This document shows positions 1 through 10,202 of a stretch of DNA of 64,000 nt, one piece after another. Under the pieces are notes generated by a model. It made no database searches. It worked only from the letters and a program-made list of their open reading frames with translations, and was not told where the DNA came from. Both the position numbers and the translations under genes were made by a program. The stretch is from the NCBI GenBank assembly GCA_963754925.1, contig CAVWHX010000003.1, positions 320,001 through 384,000 on the forward strand, given 5' to 3'. This stretch comes from an uncultured delta proteobacterium. Lineage in GTDB: Bacteria; Myxococcota; B64-G9. Within the stretch, counting starts at the first letter, position 1. Each line of letters begins with the position of its first letter.

Positions 1-290
1 TTCTTCCTCACGCTCAATCCCTCTTGCCGATACAGCCGATACACCCGCTTGTGATTCACCACATACCCTTCCCGCCGCAATAACACCTGCAACCGTCGAT
101 ATCCGAAGCGTACCCGCTGCGCCGCAAGCTCTAAAAGACGCTCCCGCAACTGCGGATACAGTTGGCCTACCGAACGGTACCGAAAGCTCGATCGCCCGAT
201 CCTCATCAGCCCGCAGGCGCGTCGTTCGCTCACCCCAAATTCCTCGCGGGCATGCACAACGGCCTGCTTTCGCGCTGCGGGCTTCACCAT
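1..290 (-). CDS. IS3-family transposase OrfB, N-terminal part (runs off the window)
   Basis: Reverse complement matches 53732 onward (FGYRRL...VNHKRVYRLYR). Confidence 0.9.
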   Translation of the reverse strand, partial: MVKPAARKQAVVHAREEFGVSERRACGLMRIGRSSFRYRSVGQLYPQLRERLLELAAQRVRFGYRRLQVLLRREGYVVNHKRVYRLYRQEGLSVRK

Positions 291-550
291 TTTCTTGAGT
301 TGATATCCCTCAAGATCTGGTTGTCGAGAGTGAGATCGGCCACGGCACGCTTCAGCCTTCGGTTTTCTTCCTCAAGCTGCTTCAGCCGCCGCGCCTCGCT
401 GACGTCCATCCCGCCGTACTTGGATTTCCAACGGTAGTACGTTTGTTCGCAGAAGCCATGTGTGCGACAGAGATCAGACAGCTTCACCCCCGCTTCGGCT
501 TCTTTCAATATCCCGATGATCTTATCCTCAGAAAACCGTTTCCCTTTCAT
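284..550 (-). CDS. IS3-family transposase OrfA (HTH plus leucine zipper)
   Basis: MKGKRFSEDKIIGILKEAEAG...YYRWKSKYGGMDVSEARRLKQLEEENRRLK; protein identical to 53472-53738. Confidence 0.95.
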   Translation of the reverse strand: MKGKRFSEDKIIGILKEAEAGVKLSDLCRTHGFCEQTYYRWKSKYGGMDVSEARRLKQLEEENRRLKRAVADLTLDNQILRDINSRKW

Positions 551-637
551 TGAGCAAGCTCCTTTCCGGCATTCTAGCCGAAGGAACTCTCATTGAAAAT
601 GGTCCAGTTTTCGGGGGGCACGTCAGGAGAGCGAACG

Positions 638-1441
638 TTGTCAGAAAAGTTTCGAAAACGAATTTACAACATCTTGAATCCTGAGGGTAACTTAGATCCG
701 GTCTCTAAATGTACTAATATCTTCATTGTTGTCCTTATCATGCTTAACGTGGTGGCTGCGGTCCTCGATACGATGAAGTCCCTCTCCCTAACATACAGCG
801 CGTATTTTGAGGGTTTCGAGATTTTCTCCGTGATCATTTTTAGCTTGGAGTATCTGTTACGAATTTGGTCGTGCACCATCAATCCCAGCTATGCGCATCC
901 GGTGTGGGGAAGAATCCGGTTTGCGATTTCGCCATGTTCGATTGTGGATTTGGTTGCGATAATTCCTTTCTACCTGCCGATGCTAATCTCAGGCGATTTC
1001 TTGTACGTTCGTGCGTTGCGTCTCATGCGTTTGTTTCGGGTTTTCAAAATGCGACGTTATTCTAACTCGTTGAAAGTTTTGACGGACGTGGTTCGAAACA
1101 AGAAAGAGGAGCTTATAGTCACGATATTCACTTTGGCCGTTATCTTGGTTGTTGCGTCCGGGCTAATGTTCCATTTTGAAAATGACGTACAACCCGAGGC
1201 CTTTTCAAACATTCCGGACGCGATGTGGTGTGGTCTTGTGACTCTAACCCAAAGTGGGCTTAGCGACATTCATCCGATATCTGCTGGAGGCAAAGCCATA
1301 GGAGTGCTGATATCCTTGGTAGGAATCGGACTTTTTGCTCTGCCGTCCGGAATTATTGCTTCCGGGCTGGTCGAGCGGATTCAGAAAAATCGAGAACCGG
1401 AAAAGACTTGTCCGCATTGTGGAAAGCAAATAGGGCTGTAA
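638..1441 (+). CDS. Voltage-gated K+-channel-like ion transporter (6TM) with C-terminal CPHC
   Basis: S4 segment RALRLMRLFRVFKMRRY, pore helix FSNIPDAMW, CPHCG tail. True start is probably TTG 638 after GGAG (626-629); the 593 start lies inside the IS. Confidence 0.85.
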   Translation: MSEKFRKRIYNILNPEGNLDPVSKCTNIFIVVLIMLNVVAAVLDTMKSLSLTYSAYFEGFEIFSVIIFSLEYLLRIWSCTINPSYAHPVWGRIRFAISPCSIVDLVAIIPFYLPMLISGDFLYVRALRLMRLFRVFKMRRYSNSLKVLTDVVRNKKEELIVTIFTLAVILVVASGLMFHFENDVQPEAFSNIPDAMWCGLVTLTQSGLSDIHPISAGGKAIGVLISLVGIGLFALPSGIIASGLVERIQKNREPEKTCPHCGKQIGL

Positions 1442-1635
1442 TAGGTACGTAATAGGTGCCGCCCTCTTAAAAAACTGAGCGCCTCCAGGGTCTTCAACCT
1501 TGTTCGGCTCATTGGATTACACAAATAGCAAGAATAAACCACTTGTTCACCGGGAGGCAATGGGAATCGTGGGGGGCCTTGCGCGGCAATTCGTGAGGAA
1601 ATCAAAGGGAAGGTATCTGCCCTGGGCAAATAGCA

Positions 1636-3018
1636 TTACACCTCGGACAATTCGAGGTGCATGGTTTCCCGACTGAAATGAAGGCTTATGAACGTCATCG
1701 CCGCCCCGAGGGTCAAAACCGACGAGGCGGAAAGCCACAGCTCGCTCTCCCCCTCGACGGCGGCTATAAACGGCAGTGTATGGAAAAGGCCGACCAGTGG
1801 GGTAATGCCGGCGCCTCCCACGAGCGCTCCCAGCGAATATCCGAAGCCGACGCCCACGGAACGCGACCTCGTCGGAAACCGCTCGCAGAGATAGGCCGGG
1901 ATCACTCCCCAGGCGAGCTTGAGCATGCCCGCCATCACGGCGGCCATAAGCGCAAGCGCGAAGTTCCGTTCCAGCGCCGCCGTCATGAGTAACTGGAAAA
2001 GTGGAATGGCGAGGACTGCGATGGCGATACAATAGTACTGCGTGAGCTTTTTTCTGCCGAGTCTATCGCTGAGCCAGCCGTACAGATTGTACCCAAGAAA
2101 TGCAAAGAGAAGCGCCACGCCGTAAATCAAGGTGTAATCCACCAAACCGAATTTGTTCTCCCCTTTGAGGATTTTGGGAATGAATCCGTATATCGCGTAG
2201 TCGGTGAGAAAGAGCCCGGTCATGAAAAAGAAAACCTGCAGGAACACCCACACCGTAGGCCTTTTGAAAAGCGTTGCGAAGGGCATCTGGTCTATTGAAC
2301 CGGCCTGCTTAATCTTTTCGAATTCCGGAGACTCGACCAGCGACGTGCGTATCCAGAGCGCCACGAACACCGGCACCACCCCGGTCGCAAAAGCGATGCG
2401 CCATCCGTAATCCTGCATGGCCGCTTCCCCGAGCCCGGCGGAAAAGCCAAGCACCACGAACGACGCCGCCGCAAAACCCAGGGGAAATCCGGATTGGATG
2501 AACCCGCCGATGGCTCCGCGCCGTTCCCGGGGGGCATGCTCAATGGCAAAGGCATGGCCTATCGCATACTCGCCGCCGAAAAAGCAGCCCATCACAAACC
2601 GCAACAGCCCAAATAGCAGATATGAAATTTCGGGCCCAACCTGCTCTCTCGTTGGAATGGCCGCCGAGAGCAAGGACATCACCCCCACTCCTCCAATGGT
2701 GACTAGCAGCAACCAACGCCTGCCAATCTTGTCGGCATAATGCCCAAACAGCGCCGAACCGAGGGGCCGCGCCGCCATGGTTATCGAATAAAAGAGAACA
2801 ATCGACAAGTATTGCCATGCTGCCGATTGGTTTGGCTCCGCAAAATGTTTTGTCAATACGGGAGCCATCACCAGAACCAGGGCCATGTCGTACGCATCTA
2901 AGCCAAACCCCAGAAATTGCGAGACCATCGCCCGGCGGGCACCCTTCGTCAGCACTCTCGAGTCGCCTGTGGTCATATTCCAAATTCTCTTGTGCGGGGC
3001 AGTGACGAGATGTTTCAA
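1636..3018 (-). CDS. MFS transporter (metabolite:H+ symporter type)
   Basis: GLDAYD, GHYADKIGRR, GGEY, SDRLGRK, ERFPTRSR motifs; about 12 hydrophobic segments. Start may be ATG ~2977. Confidence 0.9.
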   Translation of the reverse strand: MKHLVTAPHKRIWNMTTGDSRVLTKGARRAMVSQFLGFGLDAYDMALVLVMAPVLTKHFAEPNQSAAWQYLSIVLFYSITMAARPLGSALFGHYADKIGRRWLLLVTIGGVGVMSLLSAAIPTREQVGPEISYLLFGLLRFVMGCFFGGEYAIGHAFAIEHAPRERRGAIGGFIQSGFPLGFAAASFVVLGFSAGLGEAAMQDYGWRIAFATGVVPVFVALWIRTSLVESPEFEKIKQAGSIDQMPFATLFKRPTVWVFLQVFFFMTGLFLTDYAIYGFIPKILKGENKFGLVDYTLIYGVALLFAFLGYNLYGWLSDRLGRKKLTQYYCIAIAVLAIPLFQLLMTAALERNFALALMAAVMAGMLKLAWGVIPAYLCERFPTRSRSVGVGFGYSLGALVGGAGITPLVGLFHTLPFIAAVEGESELWLSASSVLTLGAAMTFISLHFSRETMHLELSEV

Positions 3019-3045
3019 TCGGTTTTCAAAAAAGTTATAAAACCG

Positions 3046-3603
3046 CTAACTCGATTTTTCTACGGTCCAGGTAAGACGCACCGAGGTGTTGACGGCTCCC
3101 TCCCAGCTTTTGGTCAACACCGTGCACTTGAGATTCTTTGCTCCGCAGAGCTCCGTCGTGTGTTCCACCCATCCAGCGATCAGGTACTGAAACGGTGCAA
3201 ACTGTGGATCCATATCGATCACGGTATAGACGGCTTGGGTAGCGCCCTCCAACACAGCTTCCGCTCGTCCAAAATCAAAGAAGTTCCGCTCAAAAACCGC
3301 AATTCTCTTAATAAAGGAAAGAGGATCGTCCTTCTTCAAAATTGACGCATAAATCTTCGGCATTACCATCTCGCTGTACATTCTGCCCCATTGCTTGAGG
3401 GTATCGAGATTTTTCTTTGCCACAATCTCGAAAAATGCGTTGAGACAGTGTTTGAACGTCTCATAGGGATACCAGAGATTCGGCATGATTCTTTGGTCCA
3501 TGATCTCACGATCTTCAGCCGTCAGGTAGGTATCGAACACACCGGTCTTGTCGGATCGGATGGCTTTTACAAATTCAACGAATATTGAACCTTTTACTTT
3601 CAT
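3046..3603 (-). CDS. DUF2378/V4R-like hypothetical protein
   Basis: VKGSIF N-terminus, WYP motif, IAGW near the C-terminus; same pattern as 44011-44574. Confidence 0.6.
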   Translation of the reverse strand: MKVKGSIFVEFVKAIRSDKTGVFDTYLTAEDREIMDQRIMPNLWYPYETFKHCLNAFFEIVAKKNLDTLKQWGRMYSEMVMPKIYASILKKDDPLSFIKRIAVFERNFFDFGRAEAVLEGATQAVYTVIDMDPQFAPFQYLIAGWVEHTTELCGAKNLKCTVLTKSWEGAVNTSVRLTWTVEKSS

Positions 3604-3883
3604 GCTGCTTTTTCTCCATAATTCCTAATATTCGCTCTTGGCTCAATTTCACGTCAATGAGTGGTTATGATAACTGTTATGCCACTGGACCAAGAATTGA
3701 TCCAGTTTTTCTTAACTTTTTTCAAACGCACCCCTTGACTGTTTCGCAATGTGCATCACGCAACTCTTGCCTTCTTTTAGTTTTGGATCCAAGTTGATAG
3801 GTGAGATTTGAATCTCGCATGACGGCGCGCGATCGGTTTTGATGTCGCGTGAGCGCAGCCGGGACCACCAGAGGAGGACGGAC

Positions 3884-4645
3884 ATGGACATCGCAGTACG
3901 TGATCAATTTATGACGTTATGGCGAAAGTATTTCGGCAAGGAGGAGCTGCCCCTCGCTCTCTTCTATACCGATCGGGAGTCGGACAGCCCGCTCGTGGTG
4001 GCGAGTCAGGAACGTCGTTGCATGGTGAGCGAGCTTGGCCGCGCCCGAGAGGGCGGCGAGACCTTGCGCTTTGGAGCGGGCTCGTTTGCCTGCCTCGGAG
4101 GGCGGCGCTACGCGGGTTACTCGGACCGGCTACGACCGAAGTTTGAATATTTCCTCTCCTGCGGCATCCCGGGCGAGATGGAGGGCGAGCGCTACAAGAA
4201 AACGCCTGAGCTGGTGCGTGAGCTGCTCGCTCGAGCCCCGGCCTTTCGCGCCCCCAAGCCATACCTGGTTGTCAAGCGTTGGGATACGCTCACGACCGAA
4301 GACGACCCGGAGGTGGCAGTTTTCTTCGCTCGGCCGGACGCGCTTTCGGGGCTCTTTACCCTCTCAGGCTACGACACCGCCGATGACGAGGCGGTGATCG
4401 CACCCTTCGGGGCAGGCTGTTCAACGATCATTCAACGCCCTTACCTGGAACGAGAGCGCCCGACGCCGCGGGCGGTGCTCGGCCTGTTCGATGTTTCGGC
4501 GCGCCCTTCGGTGCCGGCCGATACGCTAACCTTCGCGGTGCCGTATGATAAGCTTCTCTCCATGATGAACAACATGGACGAGAGCTTCCTCATCACCGAG
4601 AGCTGGGCCGCTGTCCGCAAACGGCTCGCGGCTGATAAGAGATAG
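3884..4645 (+). CDS. DUF169-family protein
   Basis: CLGGRRYAG, FLSCG, GERYKK, PFGAGC, GLFDVSARP; ATG 3884 after GGAGG. Confidence 0.75.
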   Translation: MDIAVRDQFMTLWRKYFGKEELPLALFYTDRESDSPLVVASQERRCMVSELGRAREGGETLRFGAGSFACLGGRRYAGYSDRLRPKFEYFLSCGIPGEMEGERYKKTPELVRELLARAPAFRAPKPYLVVKRWDTLTTEDDPEVAVFFARPDALSGLFTLSGYDTADDEAVIAPFGAGCSTIIQRPYLERERPTPRAVLGLFDVSARPSVPADTLTFAVPYDKLLSMMNNMDESFLITESWAAVRKRLAADKR

Positions 4646-4659
4646 AGATGACACGTGCT

Positions 4660-4794
4660 CCCTTCTCCCGCTGGCGGGAGAAGGCAAGAGATTCTTGCCT
4701 CGCAGAGCGAGGCTTAGAATCTCTTGGATGAGGGTGGACACTAGTTCCCTCACCCGGCGCTGTGTGCCACCCTCTCCCAAGATTGGGAGAGGGG
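4660..4794. repeat. REP/RIME-like composite of four stem-loops
   Basis: CCTTCTCCCGC-GCGGGAGAAGG; CAAGAGATTCT..GCCTCGC-GCGAGGC..AGAATCTCTTG; GAGGG-CCCTC; CCCTCTCCCA-TGGGAGAGGG. Confidence 0.75.
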
Positions 4795-4824
4795 TTAAGG
4801 GATATTCGTTAAAGGAGAACACCG

Positions 4825-6729
4825 ATGGGCGCCTACCAGCAAGCATACGATGAATCGATCAATACGCCGGATCGTTTCTGGGACCGAGCCGCGCAGGACG
4901 TCGTCTGGAGCAAGAAATACACCAAGGTATTGGACGATTCGCAAAAACCATTCTATCGCTGGTTCGTCAATGGCGAGCTCAATACCTGTTACAACGCGAT
5001 CGATTATCACATCGAACAGGGTCATGGGGATCAGACCGCTATCATCTATGACAGCCCGGTCACAGGCTGTATCAGGAAGATCACCTACCGCGAACTACGG
5101 GATGAGGTGGCGCTCTTCGCCGGAGCGCTCCGCGATTGCGGGGTCGAAAAAGGTGATCGGGTCATCATCTATATGCCGATGATACCGCAGGCCGCGGTGG
5201 CCATGTATGCCTGCGCGCGGATTGGCGCCATACATTCCGTTGTGTTCGGAGGCTTTGCGCCCAACGAGCTTGCCGTCCGAATCGACGACGCCAAACCCAA
5301 AGTCATGGTCTCGGCATCCTGCGGCATCGAGGGAAAGAAAACAATTGAATATAAGCCGCTGCTCGACCGCGCTATCGACATCGCAAAACACAAGCCGTCG
5401 CACTGCATCATTTTCCAGCGAGAGCAGGTCAAAGCAACTCTTAAAGCTGGTCGAGATTTAGACTGGACGGAAGCTGTTGCGAAAGCCGCCCCAGCCGATT
5501 GCGTGATGCTGAAATCAACGGATCCGCTCTATATTCTCTACACCTCCGGAACGACCGGATTACCCAAGGGTGTAGTGCGGGATAACGGCGGACACGCCGT
5601 GGCGCTGAAATGGAGCATGAAGTACATCTATGGGATGAATCCGGGAGAGGTCTTTTGGGCCGCCTCGGATGTCGGCTGGGTCGTCGGCCACTCCTATATT
5701 ATCTACGCGCCGCTCCTGTACGGGTGCACCACCATTATTTTTGAAGGGAAGCCGGTTGGGACGCCCGACCCGGGCGCGTTTTGGCGGGTTATCTCGCAAC
5801 ACGATGTGAAAGTGCTTTTCACCGCGCCCACCGCGTTTCGAGCCATCAAGAAAGAAGACCCCAAAGGGGATTATTTCCGAAAATATGACCTATCGAAATT
5901 CAGGTATCTGTTCCTTGCCGGCGAGCGCCTGGATCCGGATACGTATTACTGGGCGTCGGAGATTCTCAAAAAACCGGTCGTGGACCACTGGTGGCAGACG
6001 GAAACCGGCTTCGCGATCGCGGCAAATTGCATGGGGCTCGAGCAGCTGCCCATCAAGGCCGGCTCCCCGACCAAGGCGGTCCCCGGCTTCCAGGTTGAAA
6101 TGATAAGCAGCGACGGAAAGAAACTACCTCCGGAGACCGAAGGACTGGTCGCCATCCGGCTTCCCCTGCCGCCCGGAACCCTGACGACGCTGTGGCAGAA
6201 TGACGCCAAGTACAAGGAATCGTATACCGATATTTTTCCGGGTTTCTACTTCACCGGCGACGGGGGTTACGTCGATAAGGACGGTTACCTCTACATCATG
6301 GGCCGGGTGGATGACGTCATCAATGTGGCCGGCCACCGGCTTTCCACCGGCTCTATGGAGGAGGTTGTCGCCACGCATCCTGCGGTGGCGGAATGCGCGG
6401 TAATAGGCGCCGCCGATGATTTCAAGGGTCAGCTTCCCCTGGGATTTGTGGTGCTCAAGGAAGGGGTAACCAAGGAACACGCCGTCATTATCAAAGAGTT
6501 GGTCGACATGATACGGGATCAAATCGGCGCCGTGGCGGCATTTAAGCAGGCCGTGATCGTCAAGCGATTGCCGAAGACCCGATCCGGAAAAATCCTTCGC
6601 TCCACCATGCGCAAGATAGCGGACGGCCAAGAATTCACCGTTCCATCCACCATCGACGATCCGGCGATCCTGGTTGAAATTGAAGATGCCGCCAAGACGT
6701 TGGGGTACTGTAAAAAACAGACTGCTTGA
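4825..6729 (+). CDS. prpE: Propionyl-CoA/acetyl-CoA synthetase (ACSS3/PrpE-like), copy 1
   Basis: YTSGTTGLPKG, DHWWQTETG, GRVDDVINVAGHRL and PKTRSGKILR motifs. Confidence 0.9.
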   Translation: MGAYQQAYDESINTPDRFWDRAAQDVVWSKKYTKVLDDSQKPFYRWFVNGELNTCYNAIDYHIEQGHGDQTAIIYDSPVTGCIRKITYRELRDEVALFAGALRDCGVEKGDRVIIYMPMIPQAAVAMYACARIGAIHSVVFGGFAPNELAVRIDDAKPKVMVSASCGIEGKKTIEYKPLLDRAIDIAKHKPSHCIIFQREQVKATLKAGRDLDWTEAVAKAAPADCVMLKSTDPLYILYTSGTTGLPKGVVRDNGGHAVALKWSMKYIYGMNPGEVFWAASDVGWVVGHSYIIYAPLLYGCTTIIFEGKPVGTPDPGAFWRVISQHDVKVLFTAPTAFRAIKKEDPKGDYFRKYDLSKFRYLFLAGERLDPDTYYWASEILKKPVVDHWWQTETGFAIAANCMGLEQLPIKAGSPTKAVPGFQVEMISSDGKKLPPETEGLVAIRLPLPPGTLTTLWQNDAKYKESYTDIFPGFYFTGDGGYVDKDGYLYIMGRVDDVINVAGHRLSTGSMEEVVATHPAVAECAVIGAADDFKGQLPLGFVVLKEGVTKEHAVIIKELVDMIRDQIGAVAAFKQAVIVKRLPKTRSGKILRSTMRKIADGQEFTVPSTIDDPAILVEIEDAAKTLGYCKKQTA

Positions 6730-6731
6730 TT

Positions 6732-7919
6732 TCACGGCGTCGATTTCTTGATTGTTACCCGTACCCGACTGGGTTTTATGGTTTCCAGCTCGAGTCCGCT
6801 GGGCAGGTTGAAGAAATCCGAGGGAACAATCTGGCGCGTCGTCTTGCCTGGTTGGGGATCCGCAAGCCGCAGGCTCAGGGTGACATCGTTGCCGTCGAAG
6901 AAATAGAAGGCCCGTCGTGTGCCCGCGACCACCGCGCGCACCTCGCTCGGTTCGACCTCCTCAACCTGAAGCCCGCTAGCGGAGGATAGGGCGATCTCAA
7001 CCGGCACCACCAGCGTGCGGTACTCTATCTCCGATTCGTGAACCATGAAGAACCACAAAAACGCCGATAGGAACACCGCCAAGGCCTTCTCAAACGGGTA
7101 ACGCCGCAGCCCCGTGAGGAGTTTCCATCCAGTTCTGCGCTCGGATGCCGCCTGCTGAAAGTAGGCCTTGAGGCGCTGATTGAGGACGGTCTCTCCGACA
7201 TCGAGCGAGAGCTCACCGCCTTCCGCCAACGATACCGTGCCACGCTCCTCGGAAACCACGAGGCACAGGCAATCGGCGGCCTCCGAAAGCCCTAAAGCAG
7301 CCGCGTGTCGAGTGCCGACATTCTGCAGGCGAACCGCGTTGATCGACAGCGGAAGTCGGCAACCAAAACTGGCGACCCGATCGCCTTCGACGATGACCGC
7401 GCCGTCGTGACCGGCAGAGTGGGTATCGAAGATGCTCATGAGGAGCGGCTGGCTTATTTTGCCGTTGAGAGCGAAGCCACCCGACAGGTGCCGATCGAGC
7501 GGCACGGTCCCCGGGAGCACCATGATGGCGCCGATCCGCTTGCGCGCAAGCTCGGGCAGGGTTGTGCGTAAGACCAGGTAGGGGTCGTTGAAGTTCGGGA
7601 GGTCGGCTGAGCGGCGGTTTTTTCTTCGCAAACTGCGGCTCGCGAGGCGTTCAAGAAACTGGCGGATCTCCGCCTGGAAAATGATCACCACCGCAATCAG
7701 CAGGACGGTGAAAAAGGCTCTCAAGAGCGAGGTGGTAAGGCGCAGATTGAATTGTCGCGCGACCAGATAGATCCCCGAGACGATCAGCAATCCGATAAGC
7801 ACGAAGGTGGCTCGCGCACGCCGTATCAATACCAGCAGTTGATATACCGCCAATGATACGAAGGCGATATCGACCAGATCGGTCGCCCGAATATCGCTCA
7901 ACAGCCTAACCAGCCACAT
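6732..7919 (-). CDS. Membrane diadenylate cyclase (CdaA/DacA) fused to a YbbR-like C-terminal domain
   Basis: Three N-terminal TMs, IIFQAEIR, HDGAV and GTRHAAA motifs, then a TM and a beta-rich EPSEVRAVV/KPSRVRVTI domain. Confidence 0.85.
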   Translation of the reverse strand: MWLVRLLSDIRATDLVDIAFVSLAVYQLLVLIRRARATFVLIGLLIVSGIYLVARQFNLRLTTSLLRAFFTVLLIAVVIIFQAEIRQFLERLASRSLRRKNRRSADLPNFNDPYLVLRTTLPELARKRIGAIMVLPGTVPLDRHLSGGFALNGKISQPLLMSIFDTHSAGHDGAVIVEGDRVASFGCRLPLSINAVRLQNVGTRHAAALGLSEAADCLCLVVSEERGTVSLAEGGELSLDVGETVLNQRLKAYFQQAASERRTGWKLLTGLRRYPFEKALAVFLSAFLWFFMVHESEIEYRTLVVPVEIALSSASGLQVEEVEPSEVRAVVAGTRRAFYFFDGNDVTLSLRLADPQPGKTTRQIVPSDFFNLPSGLELETIKPSRVRVTIKKSTP

Positions 7920-8114
7920 GGCGATTCCTCACTCACTCACAAAATTCAAAAGGCGTGCAATGACAGCGTCGTTGATTCATTTCACGCGCGATATGACGAC
8001 AACTCCTGTTTCTGGCTAACCCTGGGCACGTTTCGAATTTGGCGTCTGACAGACTAGATCCGTTGGCATCATGCATGCAAAGAAATTGATCGTAACTGCC
8101 ACGGGAGGTCGGTC

Positions 8115-8477
8115 ATGTCCGAACATGTTTATCCGCCGCACACCCACGAGCTGTCCAAAAAGCGCCGGGATCTTGCGCTTGAAACTGATCAGGCATTTCG
8201 CGCGTTCAGCAAGCAAGTGTTTAGTGAGGGAGCCTTATCGTCGAAGGTCAAGCAACTCATCGCTCTGGCCGTTGCGCACGTAACCCAGTGCCCCTATTGT
8301 ATCCGCGCCCACACTCAAGCCGCTGTTAGAGCTGGCGCCAACCAAAAGGAGATGATAGAGGCGATGTGGGTTGGCGCGGAGATGCGGGCGGGAGCCGCGT
8401 ATGCGCATATGATAATCGCCATGGACTCACTCGCCGAGATCGAGGCGAGTGCCGCATTGTCTCAAACGGATACGTAA
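8115..8477 (+). CDS. Carboxymuconolactone decarboxylase/AhpD-family protein
   Basis: GALSSKVKQLIALAVAHVTQCPYCIRAH. Confidence 0.9.
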   Translation: MSEHVYPPHTHELSKKRRDLALETDQAFRAFSKQVFSEGALSSKVKQLIALAVAHVTQCPYCIRAHTQAAVRAGANQKEMIEAMWVGAEMRAGAAYAHMIIAMDSLAEIEASAALSQTDT

Positions 8478-8479
8478 TC

Positions 8480-8947
8480 TCAGTCAGTCTGCTCAACCAA
8501 GTAGTTCTGGATTCCCATTTGTTTAATTTGGTCGAGCTGTGCCTCGATGAGGTCGATGTGGTCTTCTTCTTCCTTTAAGATCGCCTCAAAGAGTTCACGG
8601 CTGCCGTTGTCCCCCACCTCAACCGCCAGCCGGATACTCTCGTTGTACCCTCGGATGGCGTCATCTTCCGCCTCGCAGTCGTTGGCATGCATCTTCGGCA
8701 CCTCGGCGCCGATTTGCATCTTATTGAGCTTCGAAACGATCGGACGCCCCTCAAGGAAAAGAATACGGGAGATCAGCCGCTCGGCATGTTTCATCTCGTC
8801 AATGGCACGCTTCTGAATCAACTTGTGGAGCTTTTCGTACTTCCAACTCTCGCACATCTCGGCGTGGACCATATACTGGTTGATGGCGGTTAATTCCTCC
8901 GCCAGCCGGATATTCAAATGCTGCAGGATCTTTTCATTTCCCTTCAT
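8480..8947 (-). CDS. bfr: Bacterioferritin
   Basis: MKGNEKIL..EELTAINQYMVHA..IDEMKHAERLISRILFL..EEEDHID..IGIQNYL-like tail; ATG 8947 after GGAGG. Confidence 0.95.
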   Translation of the reverse strand: MKGNEKILQHLNIRLAEELTAINQYMVHAEMCESWKYEKLHKLIQKRAIDEMKHAERLISRILFLEGRPIVSKLNKMQIGAEVPKMHANDCEAEDDAIRGYNESIRLAVEVGDNGSRELFEAILKEEEDHIDLIEAQLDQIKQMGIQNYLVEQTD

Positions 8948-9301
8948 GATATCCTCCTTGAAATAAGGCATGACTCTGTTTCCGTGCAAGGCCGATGCCA
9001 GCCTTCTATCATCATTAACTTTTGTTTGGGAAGGAAAAAATTTCCGTTTGAGCCTGGCCCCCGCCCAAAATGAACTATCCAAACCCTGCAATGATTCATA
9101 ATTGGCGGTTCATTATTGGTCGATTTCCTACTACGGGGAGCCCGATTCCGATAGCTGCCTGATAGGGTTTGTATATGAAGACGAGCTAATTCTATTGATT
9201 CAAAAAAATGTCGAGACCTGGCATTACTCTTGCTTTTATCGATCTTGCTTTTTGAAAAACCTACCCTGGGTAGGTCACACTACTAAACTAAGGAGGAAGG
9301 T

Positions 9302-9511
9302 ATGAACCCATACAAAGTATCATGTAGCGACATGGGAGCAGCGTGTAGTTTCAGTGCGGATGGAATGAAGCCATCGGACGTCAAGTCCAAATTGTATGCC
9401 CACGCTCAAAAGGATCACAAGAATGAGTTGAAAGATATGAGCGACTTACAATGGATTGAGATGGACAACAAGATGAACTCTCTTCTCATGAAGCAGGCAG
9501 GTAAGGCATAA
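9302..9511 (+). CDS. Small metal-binding protein (DUF1059-like)
   Basis: CSDMGAACSF...HAQKDH pattern; strong RBS AAGGAGG. Confidence 0.75.
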   Translation: MNPYKVSCSDMGAACSFSADGMKPSDVKSKLYAHAQKDHKNELKDMSDLQWIEMDNKMNSLLMKQAGKA

Positions 9512-9575
9512 TCAGAATTTGAGCACAACGATAAAGTAAGAAATAACTCGATGTGAGAGGAGCGGCTTAGGAGCG

Positions 9576-10010
9576 TTATTCGCCCGAGGGTTGAGTCGGC
9601 GGCTCACTCGCTAAGACTTTGACGTTGTCGACGTAATAGTTCGTGTCCGCGAAACAACTGCTCGGTACGCCATGATGCTCGGTGTAATGGAGGTGGACTT
9701 TTTCGCCCACCGCATTGCGCAATTTTTCCGCCAAGGTGTCATCGCGCACCGTGAACTCCCAGATCTGTGGCGACATACCCTGAACGATATAGAGCGCCAG
9801 CTCACCCTCGTAGGTTTTGCAAATCCAACCTTTGCGGCTGAATTTCTGCAATATGCCGGCGCGCTCCCCCTCCGAATAGCTCCAGTTGAGCGTCACCCAG
9901 GTATAGGCGCAGGCCGCGACGATGAGCACACCGACGACAATCACAAGCCAGCGCATAGCCTTTTTTCCCGCTTTTTGCAATCCCTGCTGCGCGTTCTCTA
10001 AGTTTCCCAT
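9576..10010 (-). CDS. Conserved membrane-anchored hypothetical protein
   Basis: N-terminal TM, then YSEGERAGILQKFSRKGWICKTYEGEL; RBS present. Confidence 0.7.
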   Translation of the reverse strand: MGNLENAQQGLQKAGKKAMRWLVIVVGVLIVAACAYTWVTLNWSYSEGERAGILQKFSRKGWICKTYEGELALYIVQGMSPQIWEFTVRDDTLAEKLRNAVGEKVHLHYTEHHGVPSSCFADTNYYVDNVKVLASEPPTQPSGE

Positions 10011-10202
10011 CGAAACCTCACCTCCCCTATCGCTTTAGCGCTCGTGATAGGAATAAGGAAAAACACAGCCGAGAATACCTCTGAATTTATTTTTCTGTCA
10101 ACGAAGCAAAAAAAATTCGGTAAAGAGATATCGGGTTATTGACGGCGCCTGGGTAGTTCGCGAGCAGTTCCCGAGAAGAAGACACCGATGAGTTCGCCGA
10201 GC

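Larger units (their letters stand above)
1..625 (-). mobile_element. IS3-family (IS407-like) insertion sequence, copy 1, truncated by the window start
   Basis: Reverse complement of the left part of the complete copy at 53397-54672. The IRL (TGACGTGCCCCCCGAAAACTGGACCA on the minus strand) ends at 625. Confidence 0.95.

Noticed and set aside
593..637. N-terminal extension MKMVQFSGGTS of the channel ORF (and ORF 53028-53429)
   Set aside because: It derives from the IS left end; the same peptide appears at both IS copies.
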